From the IMG/VR virus record IMGVR_UViG_3300027747_002579, positions 1 to 64,000 of that record: a DNA stretch of 64,000 nt; one strand, 5' to 3'. Position numbers and translations under genes: made by a program. The notes beneath the pieces were generated by a model. It worked only from the letters and a program-made list of their open reading frames with translations. It did no database searches and was not told the DNA's origin. The stretch comes from a virus. This document shows positions 18,844 through 27,460 of this stretch, one piece after another. Position 1 is the first letter of the stretch; each line of letters opens with the position of its first letter.

Positions 18844-19763
18844 GCTACTATTACAAATATAATTTCGTAACTCCTGAACCTGTCTATTCTACAGTGAAAG
18901 AAGAGCTTAAGAGCTATTTTGACACTGGTGCTGTAGATGACTTAATGTTCCCTACATATTTAGACAAATGCTTAAGAAAATTAGGCAGGAGTTCATATGT
19001 CATAACAGAAACTCAATTACACATTGAAGATTTTCAAGCAAGACTTCCAGACAACTTCTTTGCTGTAAGAGAAGCTTGGTTGTGTACATACGTGCAAGGA
19101 TATCCCTATCAATCAGCAAACTCGTTCTATTCTCAATCAGAACAAACAACAATACAAGTGTCACCAGTTACAATAAATGGTGTTCCTTGCACAAACTGCT
19201 CATCCCCTTCTTGTGATGGAGCATGTCTTCCCCAACTTATACAGGCTGTTTACAAAACTAACAATTCAATAAATCAGAATTACCAAAGAGCTTTCTTGTT
19301 AAAACCAGGAAACATTTCTGTAAGAGCTGATTGTGCATTGGATTGTGCAAACTTTGGCTCTTCAGCTGCTGACTCATTTGATATTAGAGACAATAAGTTT
19401 GTCACTAATTTTAGAAATGGTGTAGTGCATTTGATATTTTATTCATACGACTACGATACATCTGGTAATCAAATGATTCCTGACAACTATCGTATAAGAG
19501 AATACGTAGAAGCATTCATTAAATATAAAGTGTTTGAAACTCTTTCTAATCAAGTGAATGACGAAACATTCAATCAGATAGAAAAGAAGTTGATGTATTA
19601 TAAACAACTCTCTGAAGAAGCATTCATCATGGCGGATATAGAGGTGAAGAAACAAGACGTTTATAAAAAGCAAAGAAAGATAAGAGAAGAGCTTAATAGA
19701 TTTAACATGTACGAACTTCCAAATCGTATTGATAGTAGATATGGTTGGAGACGCAATGGATAA
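18840..19763 (+). CDS. Tail tubular/ring protein (P22 gp4-like)
   Basis: Immediately before the stabilisation gene; ARLPDNF and MIPDN motifs. Confidence 0.7.
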   Translation: MSYYYKYNFVTPEPVYSTVKEELKSYFDTGAVDDLMFPTYLDKCLRKLGRSSYVITETQLHIEDFQARLPDNFFAVREAWLCTYVQGYPYQSANSFYSQSEQTTIQVSPVTINGVPCTNCSSPSCDGACLPQLIQAVYKTNNSINQNYQRAFLLKPGNISVRADCALDCANFGSSAADSFDIRDNKFVTNFRNGVVHLIFYSYDYDTSGNQMIPDNYRIREYVEAFIKYKVFETLSNQVNDETFNQIEKKLMYYKQLSEEAFIMADIEVKKQDVYKKQRKIREELNRFNMYELPNRIDSRYGWRRNG

Positions 19764-19778
19764 TTTATAATATACATT

Positions 19779-22700
19779 ATGGCAGACAACGAACAAGGCA
19801 ATATACGTACAGAATATAGCGTTGCAAGAATAGGCTTGGACATGGACTCTTCTGTTAATCAAATAGTAGAAGGTAAACTCTCGTATGCCCTAAATGCTGC
19901 TCTTGAGAACTTTGATTCAAATTCTATTAATTATCAGAATGAATCAGGTAATGATTTATGTTTAAAGTTTCCTGAAGATTTTCAACTAATTGGTGAACAT
20001 TTCATCAATGAACAAAATAAACACATATTCTTTTTAACCAATCCAAACACAGGAGAAAGTGAAATTGGATATATGGACAATAACGATTGTGTCTATAGAA
20101 CCTATATAAACGCATTCTGTTTAAACTTTAATGTAGATGATCCCATCCATAAAGCTGTACATAAAATAACTAATTGTACAACAGAAATTTATTGGACGGA
20201 TGGCATAAACCCAAGAAGATATTTAGATTTAACCAATCTTCCCTACAAAATACAACCAGGCACAAATGTGTGTGATAATGTTACAACAACAGAAATTGAT
20301 TGTAATAAATTAAAAGTGCAGCCTAATTTTGAGATTCCCTATTTAGATGTGGTGGACATAATTAGTGGAGGAAGCCTAACATCAGGCACATATCAATTTG
20401 CTGTACAATATTGTAATGCTTCAGGAGATGCTTACACGTCTTATTATTCTGTCACCAACCCCACTCCTATTGCAAAAACTCAACTAATATCTGCTGATTT
20501 TAATTACAATGTAGGAAAGTCTATTGTATTAAATGTTTCCAATCTTGATGTTACAGGATATTTTGAATATTATAATATTGCTGTAATTAAGACAGTGAAC
20601 TCTATATCTTCTGTAGAACTAGTGGGTACATATTTTATAGATGATAATTTTAATCAAATCACTTACACAGGACAGAACGTAACACAAATACGTCTCACAA
20701 TAAACGAAATATTCGAAAAGTTTCCTTATTACGATATTGCTCAAGATTTAACAGCTGTACAAGATGTACTTGTATGGGACCAACTCACTTCTATAGACAG
20801 GATAAATTATCAACAGATAGCTAATCAAATTGAACTTGGATGGCAAACATATAGAATTCCTTCTACAGAAAACTATGCTGATGAACTAAACGCAACAAAC
20901 CTAAGAGGCTATCTAAGGGATGAAGTGTACGCATTTGAAATAGTGTTTCTCTTGAAGAACGGAAAACAAACAGATGGATTTCACATCCCTGGAAGAATAC
21001 AAGACTTCAACGAGTTTTCTCAACCAGATGTTCCTAATACAAATGCAGATTTTATTGGAGAACCCTCGTACACGCAAGGAAACGTGGGATATAGCCCTTA
21101 TTGGAAAATATACAATACAGCAAGCGTAACAGCAAATTCTCCTGAATATACAACAGATTCGAACTACAAGGGTCCTTATCAGTATGGTAAGTTTGCATAT
21201 TGGGAATCTACAGAACTATATCCTTGCAACACGTTAGTGTGGGGAGATCTTGCTAACACTCCCATAAGACACCACAAGTTTCCAGACGTAAATATTAGTC
21301 CAATATTTGAGACACCATTTATTGAATTAAATGGAAATGGTACATACAAACTTGCTACAGCAAAAGATGCTATATTTCCAATAGGTGTAAAGATTGATAT
21401 ACAAAGAGTTTCTCAATTAATTTATACATCCTCTCTTACAAAAGAGCAAATAGACAATATTGCAGGATTTAAAATTGTAAGAGGTGATAGAGGTACAAAC
21501 AAGTCAATTGTTGCTAAAGGTATTTTAAGAAACGTTGGTAAATACGAAAGAGAAGGCACCACATATTTGTTTCCCAACTATCCGTACAACGATTTAAGAG
21601 AAGATCCTTTTATATTAAAAAATCCTAATGCTTTTAATTCTGAGTGTAGAACATACAAAATTGTAACAACAACAAAGATTATTGCTGAATACACTGATTG
21701 TTTCACAAACACTGTGAAGACAAAAGAAATTCCAGCACGTACTACAGAATACATATGTTCATTAACTGTCCCTGTTAGAAGACCTTCTGAAGGAATAGCT
21801 ACAGTGGATTTAATTAAGTTTTCTTCTTATAGACTCACAAGTGTTATTTCTGCAACATTTAGTTATATTGATGCTATTACAGAAGCAGCAACTTCTATAA
21901 ATGTAACATCAGCTACACCAAAGGTGGTGAATGTTAAGCTAGATACAGTGCCTACATTTCTTTATGGAGAAGGAGGATTTACAATTTCTCTATTGAGTAT
22001 AAACATAAACATGTATTGCTATCCCACTGCTCTTAAAGCATTTGATAGTGATGATAGTAAATACAGACATGTATTTAATTCTCCAGACACATCTTTTGGT
22101 CAACCTTTCTTAGGAGATGTATTAAAACTTGAAAGTGTCATATTTGGAAAAGGTTCTGCTCATTTTGTAGAAGTGAAGAAGCATGCTCTTTACAAACTCC
22201 TTTCTAGAGAAGCACAAATAGATGCTCTTAACAGTAGTAGAGATCTTGGTAACATCACTTCTCCGTTTAATCCTGCAGCAATGTTTGCTGCTTATCAATC
22301 GTATTTAACTATTTACATTAATGGTATAACGAGAAGAAACTTTGCTTATTCGTATAACTCAATAGCAAGTTATGACTATGCTTCTTCTATAGAGAATAAT
22401 GTAGGTGTTAAACAGAGAGAATTAGATATTGCTCAATACATATTTCCAGGTGTACAGTCAGTTAATGACACATACAATATTAACAACTATCAAAGAGAAA
22501 CTTCTGTTTATTTAAAAACAGCAGCTACAAAAGTTCCTCTCCCTTTCCCAAACAAAACTCCCTCTCTTCTTCTTCCAGGTAATATAAGTGCTGTAACAGA
22601 TAATTCAAGAAGTACAATTTCTCAACAAGGAAATTGCTCAAAACCTAATGAACAATTCTCAATAGACACAGTGTGTTATTATGCCTCATTGAAAAATCAA

Positions 22701-24953
22701 TTTATTAATCAATGGGGACAGATTTATTCATACGATACAATTGATACAGGATTTCAAAGAAATATTGAAATTGATAACATTATAAATGGACAATCTTCTA
22801 CAGCAACAATATTTGGAGGAGATACATTCATTAACAGATTTGCATTTAAAACAAAGCTTCCATTCTTTATTGACAATAGAGTGAATGCTCCAGATGACAG
22901 TGACATATTCTATGATGAAATAGGAAACGTTGCCTATCCTCAATATTGGTATTCTTCAAGAAGTATATTAAATGACTATCAAGGACTTGGTGACGATTTT
23001 GCCACCAACATGAAGAATATTATTTCTACAAAAGCACATTATTTTGATTGTCCTAACAATCAACTTCCTGCTCCTGATAGCACTGCCAATCCACCAATAG
23101 TAAACATTGACAGAACTTTCTATGATGGAAAGATGTATTTGTTTGCTTATGGTATTCCGTCATTCTATTGCGAATCTTCTATTAATGTTGACCTTAGACA
23201 AGCGTTCAATGACAGAGAAGGAGACTTCTATCCTCACGTTTCTACAGGAATTCCTGATAACTGGTTACAAGAATCCTTTGTATCCATCCAACAAGACAAT
23301 ACATATTTCTATAATACAACATTCTCTAAACAGAATAAAGAAAACTATTTCTCTCATCTTCCAATAAATTGGACAGAGCAATTGTGTTACACACATTTTC
23401 CATTTAGAACAATTTATTCTGATAGACAACAAAGCTTTTCTGACAATAGAATAAACAGCTGGCTCATCTATAGACCAATTTCTAAGTTTGATTTCCCTCA
23501 AAACTATGGTAAGCTTACATCTTTAGATGGTATACAAAATAGAGCCATTCTTGCAAGATTTGAAAATAAGTCTTTACTTTATGGTACACTTCTAACAATC
23601 AATACATCAAATCCTCAAGCTGCGTACATGGGTAATGATACATTATTCCAATCATCACCTCCTGTTGATTTTGCAGAAACAGATCTTGGATATGTAGGAA
23701 GTCAGCACAAGATGTTATTAAAGATTCCTCAAGGGCAACTCACTGTAGATGCTAAAAGAGGGCAAGTGTTTTTGATTCAAGGTAATCAAGCAACAGATAT
23801 TTCTGCTCCAGGTTCTGGAATGAATAGATTTTTTACAGACCATCTTGCGTTTGAAATATTGAGATATTTTCCTGATGTAGATGTAGACAATCACTTTAAA
23901 TCAATAGGACTACACGGTGTGTACGATTCTAAGTTTGACAGAGTGATTCTAACAAAGCTGGACTACCTCCCCCTCAACCCAAACATAAAATACGATGCTT
24001 CTACAGATGAGTTTTACATCAATAAGATAGTAAACAATACAACAATAAAAATAATTGTCTATCTATCAGATAACACTTATTTTTGCAATAAGTCATGGAC
24101 AGTTTCTTACAGTGTAAATAACAAAAGTTGGATTTCTTTTCATTCCTATATTCCAAATTGGTATGTAGCAGAAAATAACTTTTACTATTCAGGAATAAAT
24201 GGAAGTTGTGATTTAGATGTTATTGCTGTACAACAAATAACAACTACGTCAACAACATCCACAACAACAACAAGAACGTCTACCACATCTTCTACAACAA
24301 CAACACAAATTCCAATAAATTGTACATTAATAGGAACATCTGTGTACCAAGCTCCTTACAATTGTCAATTAATAGGAACAGCTGTCTACAGCACCTATCC
24401 AAATTGTACACTTGCAGGAACAGCAGTTTATTCAGCATTCCCTGATTGTAGACTAGCAGGACAAGCTGTGTATTCAAATGGCACCACCACAACAACATCT
24501 ACATCATCTACATCAACAACAACAATTCCTACCACCACCACTACATCTACCACCACATCAACAACAACTACTAAACCTATTACAACCACTACATCTACAA
24601 CGTCAACTACTACCACAGCAGCTCCTACAACCACCACTAGTACAACAAGTTCTACAACCACTACCACTACTACGCAGCCACCTACAACAACCACAACAAC
24701 ATCTACTACCAGCACTACAACCACTCAAGCACCTACCACTACTACATCAACAACAACATCTACAACAAGTACAACTAGCACTACTACATCTACCACAAGC
24801 ACAACAAGCACAACAACATCAACCACCACAACTCGACCTCCAACCACCACTACCACCACTACAACAATTCCTCCATCTTATGCGTTTTGTTTAGGCTATT
24901 CATTAACTAGCGATTTTGCTGCTTGTAATAATTACAGTTCATCATGTTTATAA
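19779..24953 (+). CDS. Tail stabilisation/muzzle protein, N-terminal portion, with mucin-like C-terminal extension
   Basis: IYWTDGINPRRY, GYLRDEVYAF, SWISFHSYIP motifs, then Thr tracts and Cys repeats. Confidence 0.85.
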   Translation: MADNEQGNIRTEYSVARIGLDMDSSVNQIVEGKLSYALNAALENFDSNSINYQNESGNDLCLKFPEDFQLIGEHFINEQNKHIFFLTNPNTGESEIGYMDNNDCVYRTYINAFCLNFNVDDPIHKAVHKITNCTTEIYWTDGINPRRYLDLTNLPYKIQPGTNVCDNVTTTEIDCNKLKVQPNFEIPYLDVVDIISGGSLTSGTYQFAVQYCNASGDAYTSYYSVTNPTPIAKTQLISADFNYNVGKSIVLNVSNLDVTGYFEYYNIAVIKTVNSISSVELVGTYFIDDNFNQITYTGQNVTQIRLTINEIFEKFPYYDIAQDLTAVQDVLVWDQLTSIDRINYQQIANQIELGWQTYRIPSTENYADELNATNLRGYLRDEVYAFEIVFLLKNGKQTDGFHIPGRIQDFNEFSQPDVPNTNADFIGEPSYTQGNVGYSPYWKIYNTASVTANSPEYTTDSNYKGPYQYGKFAYWESTELYPCNTLVWGDLANTPIRHHKFPDVNISPIFETPFIELNGNGTYKLATAKDAIFPIGVKIDIQRVSQLIYTSSLTKEQIDNIAGFKIVRGDRGTNKSIVAKGILRNVGKYEREGTTYLFPNYPYNDLREDPFILKNPNAFNSECRTYKIVTTTKIIAEYTDCFTNTVKTKEIPARTTEYICSLTVPVRRPSEGIATVDLIKFSSYRLTSVISATFSYIDAITEAATSINVTSATPKVVNVKLDTVPTFLYGEGGFTISLLSININMYCYPTALKAFDSDDSKYRHVFNSPDTSFGQPFLGDVLKLESVIFGKGSAHFVEVKKHALYKLLSREAQIDALNSSRDLGNITSPFNPAAMFAAYQSYLTIYINGITRRNFAYSYNSIASYDYASSIENNVGVKQRELDIAQYIFPGVQSVNDTYNINNYQRETSVYLKTAATKVPLPFPNKTPSLLLPGNISAVTDNSRSTISQQGNCSKPNEQFSIDTVCYYASLKNQFINQWGQIYSYDTIDTGFQRNIEIDNIINGQSSTATIFGGDTFINRFAFKTKLPFFIDNRVNAPDDSDIFYDEIGNVAYPQYWYSSRSILNDYQGLGDDFATNMKNIISTKAHYFDCPNNQLPAPDSTANPPIVNIDRTFYDGKMYLFAYGIPSFYCESSINVDLRQAFNDREGDFYPHVSTGIPDNWLQESFVSIQQDNTYFYNTTFSKQNKENYFSHLPINWTEQLCYTHFPFRTIYSDRQQSFSDNRINSWLIYRPISKFDFPQNYGKLTSLDGIQNRAILARFENKSLLYGTLLTINTSNPQAAYMGNDTLFQSSPPVDFAETDLGYVGSQHKMLLKIPQGQLTVDAKRGQVFLIQGNQATDISAPGSGMNRFFTDHLAFEILRYFPDVDVDNHFKSIGLHGVYDSKFDRVILTKLDYLPLNPNIKYDASTDEFYINKIVNNTTIKIIVYLSDNTYFCNKSWTVSYSVNNKSWISFHSYIPNWYVAENNFYYSGINGSCDLDVIAVQQITTTSTTSTTTTRTSTTSSTTTTQIPINCTLIGTSVYQAPYNCQLIGTAVYSTYPNCTLAGTAVYSAFPDCRLAGQAVYSNGTTTTTSTSSTSTTTIPTTTTTSTTTSTTTTKPITTTTSTTSTTTTAAPTTTTSTTSSTTTTTTTQPPTTTTTTSTTSTTTTQAPTTTTSTTTSTTSTTSTTTSTTSTTSTTTSTTTTRPPTTTTTTTTIPPSYAFCLGYSLTSDFAACNNYSSSCL
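24318..24479 (+). repeat. Four tandem 42-nt (14-aa) repeats [ND]CxLxGx[SA]VY
   Basis: Units start at 24318, 24360, 24402, 24444. Confidence 0.9.
24483..24866 (+). repeat. About 128-codon Thr/Ser/Pro mucin-like tract
   Basis: Mixed ACA/ACC/ACT/ACG codons; shorter tract at 24240-24306. Confidence 0.95.
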
Positions 24954-24967
24954 AACTAAAGATATAA

Positions 24968-26020
24968 ATGGCAAATGTTTATTCAAATTGTTCGACATTA
25001 GCAATAGGTTGCAGAATCTTTGACGATCCTGCTCTGCTCACTCCAGCTGCTTTAGGATATTATTCTGATGGCGTAGTTGCATATAATGCAGTGAGAGAAT
25101 CTGGTCAAATATACACAATACTTAATGCAGGATTTACTTGTTCTAATATTCCTGATCCTAATCCAATTATTGTAACCACCACTACATCTACAACAACATC
25201 TACTACTACTAGTAGACCTACCACTACAACTAGCACAACATCAACAACCACATCTACAACTAGTACTTCTACTACAAGTACAACATCTACCACTAGTACA
25301 ACAACGAGTACATCTACATCAACTACTTCCACAACCACTACAGTTGCTCCCGCACAAATTGTAACAAGCGGTTTAATTTATCATCTCGATGCAAATAATG
25401 CCTCAAGCTATACACTAAACGGTTCAACTTGGACAAATTTAGTATCCCCAGGAAGTTCTACAATGTCTCTATCATCTACAACTGGAGGAACAGAAAGCAC
25501 AGGCGGTAAGTATGTTAATTTTGACGGAGTTAGCAGTAAGGGACTTGTATCTAATTACACTTACGGAACAGTTAACACGGTTCAATTTTGGTTTAACCCT
25601 ACAAAAGTGCCCTCACTTTATGGAATTTGGATATCATCAGGTGGAACGGCATATTCATATTCTGCTTATGATTGGGCATTTTTTTCGTATTATCAAACTC
25701 CATATCAATATGAATTTTTAGGCTCTTCAGATAACAGCAAAACAAGAATTACACGTTCTTTATCCTTAAATAATTGGTATTTTATAACTTTGATTAGAGA
25801 TAATGGAACATCAAATCCTTTGCAAGTACAAATTAATGAAGGAACACCAGTTACAGCAACTCAAGGAGCATTTAATAACACTCAACCTAATTTCCTAAGA
25901 ATTAATCAAGATGGAACAGCAGGCTGTAAATTTGGACAAATAATTATGTATAACAGATTACTTACATCTTCTGAAATTACACAAAATTTTAACTTTAATA
26001 AAGCAAAGTATGGATATTAA
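24968..26020 (+). CDS. Virion accessory protein: Cys domain, Thr-rich linker, LamG/concanavalin-like lectin domain
   Basis: IVTSGLIYHLDA...FDG...TVQFWFNP...NNWYFITL...YNRLLTSSEITQNFN; Thr tract about 25175-25342. Confidence 0.8.
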   Translation: MANVYSNCSTLAIGCRIFDDPALLTPAALGYYSDGVVAYNAVRESGQIYTILNAGFTCSNIPDPNPIIVTTTTSTTTSTTTSRPTTTTSTTSTTTSTTSTSTTSTTSTTSTTTSTSTSTTSTTTTVAPAQIVTSGLIYHLDANNASSYTLNGSTWTNLVSPGSSTMSLSSTTGGTESTGGKYVNFDGVSSKGLVSNYTYGTVNTVQFWFNPTKVPSLYGIWISSGGTAYSYSAYDWAFFSYYQTPYQYEFLGSSDNSKTRITRSLSLNNWYFITLIRDNGTSNPLQVQINEGTPVTATQGAFNNTQPNFLRINQDGTAGCKFGQIIMYNRLLTSSEITQNFNFNKAKYGY

Positions 26021-26282
26021 TAACATTGTAAATTATGGAATTTTATCAATTGATTATAAAAATTCAATTGATTATAATGAATTGATTCAAAATGATAGTG
26101 AAAATTTAAGAATATCAAATGATGGAAATTATTTTGTTGTGAATTGGTTTAAAAATGAAAATAACACCATTCCAAATTCAATCGCACCTTATTTAATTGA
26201 TAATAAAGTTTACACTTGGGAGGAAATTTTAGTTGAAATGGACAAAATAAACTGGTTAAAAACATTAGAAACAAACTTATGA
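26010..26282 (+). CDS. Small hypothetical protein, possible partner/chaperone of the LamG protein
   Basis: Overlaps LamG gene stop; very AT-rich. Confidence 0.6.
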   Translation: MDINNIVNYGILSIDYKNSIDYNELIQNDSENLRISNDGNYFVVNWFKNENNTIPNSIAPYLIDNKVYTWEEILVEMDKINWLKTLETNL

Positions 26283-26316
26283 TTTCACTTTTATTTACAA
26301 TTAAAAAACAAACAAT

Positions 26317-26580
26317 ATGAATTTTATCAAAGGACTTTTATTTTTAGGAGCAATCATTGGACAAATTTACATTTGTGAATTTACCAATTTAAGTTATGGA
26401 TTGTGTTATTTGTTAGCTATTCCTGAAGCATTTATTGTAGCATTTGCAATGAGTGAATTAAAGCTTGTTCATCTCTTTAAGAAAAGTGATGACGCAGACT
26501 ACACGCTTTTGTCTCAGGTTTTTATTTTTATGCTAGTTATACTAGTGTTAGCCACTTTTGGCGGTCTTTCTGAACGATAA
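26317..26580 (+). CDS. Small membrane protein (about 3 hydrophobic segments)
   Basis: GLLFLGAIIGQIYI, LCYLLAIPEAFIVAFA, VFIFMLVILVLATFG. Confidence 0.6.
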   Translation: MNFIKGLLFLGAIIGQIYICEFTNLSYGLCYLLAIPEAFIVAFAMSELKLVHLFKKSDDADYTLLSQVFIFMLVILVLATFGGLSER

Positions 26581-26593
26581 TAAATAATTATTA

Positions 26594-27460
26594 ATGGCAA
26601 AGACAATTGTTGTAAAGTTGAAGAGAGCAGGAAATAAAGTTTCTCTGTTTAATATTTCTGATGATAGAGGAAATGTTCTTGGGACAAATGTTCCCAAACA
26701 ATCCCTCATTGATGGAATCTCATATTCTGTAGAAGACAATATCACCACCATTCTTCTACAGACTGTAGGAGCATGTTGTAACAAACACATAGAGATTCCC
26801 ATTGGAACTGCAACTATACAACAATTGGCTGCCATTAAATTCACTCCTCTCAATACAGCTTCTCTCTGGATACATTTACAAAACCCTGTAATATACAATA
26901 CATATTACGGATGTATCAATCCATACATAATAGAATATCCTTTCTCATATAAGTTTCAAGATGAGATTTTACAAAACATAAAAGACTACACAAAGTCATA
27001 CAGGTATTTTCCTAATGATGATGGTGTATTCTTTGATGACGGAAAGGTGGAAATAAATGAATATTTCAATAAAGCAATTCTTTATAATGGTCAACAGAGC
27101 TCAGGGATTCTAAATCTTGTAGCAAAACCAAAAAATAATCTTAGTGATTATTTAAAATACCCAGTGTATTTCACAGACAGTAAAACCATCACATACACTA
27201 AGAGTGATAACTTCTATCAATACAATACATTCTGGAGTCTTCTAAAAGACATAACAAAACCTGCATTCATAAAAACTTGCGAGAGTGTTTCTATAGATAA
27301 GATAGTTAATCAACCAAACATGGACTATTCTAAGAGAAGCTTTAAGAAGTCTCCTCTAAGAGCCAAGGATTTGAAAGTACGTCATGTCCTTGACGACAAA
27401 TCTGATTTGAAATTAGTCTCCCAATTCCTCATTTCTCCATCACAAATCTCTTACAAATAA
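26594..27460 (+). CDS. Probable C-terminal part of muzzle protein fused to a small beta domain
   Basis: LWIH...NTYYG...PYIIEY, FNKAILYNGQQSSG and LRAKDLKVR resemble stabilisation-protein C-termini as recalled. Confidence 0.65.
   Translation: MAKTIVVKLKRAGNKVSLFNISDDRGNVLGTNVPKQSLIDGISYSVEDNITTILLQTVGACCNKHIEIPIGTATIQQLAAIKFTPLNTASLWIHLQNPVIYNTYYGCINPYIIEYPFSYKFQDEILQNIKDYTKSYRYFPNDDGVFFDDGKVEINEYFNKAILYNGQQSSGILNLVAKPKNNLSDYLKYPVYFTDSKTITYTKSDNFYQYNTFWSLLKDITKPAFIKTCESVSIDKIVNQPNMDYSKRSFKKSPLRAKDLKVRHVLDDKSDLKLVSQFLISPSQISYK

Noticed and set aside
24428-25338. Minus-strand poly-Val ORFs (also 12578-12772) and the Gln/Pro/Leu-rich alternative-frame ORF at 24478
   Set aside because: Shadows of the ACN Thr tracts; no independent start signals
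24240-25342. CRISPR array or DGR template/variable repeats
   Set aside because: Repeats are coding and codon-scrambled with no constant repeat-spacer pattern; no reverse transcriptase or adenine-specific repeat pair seen
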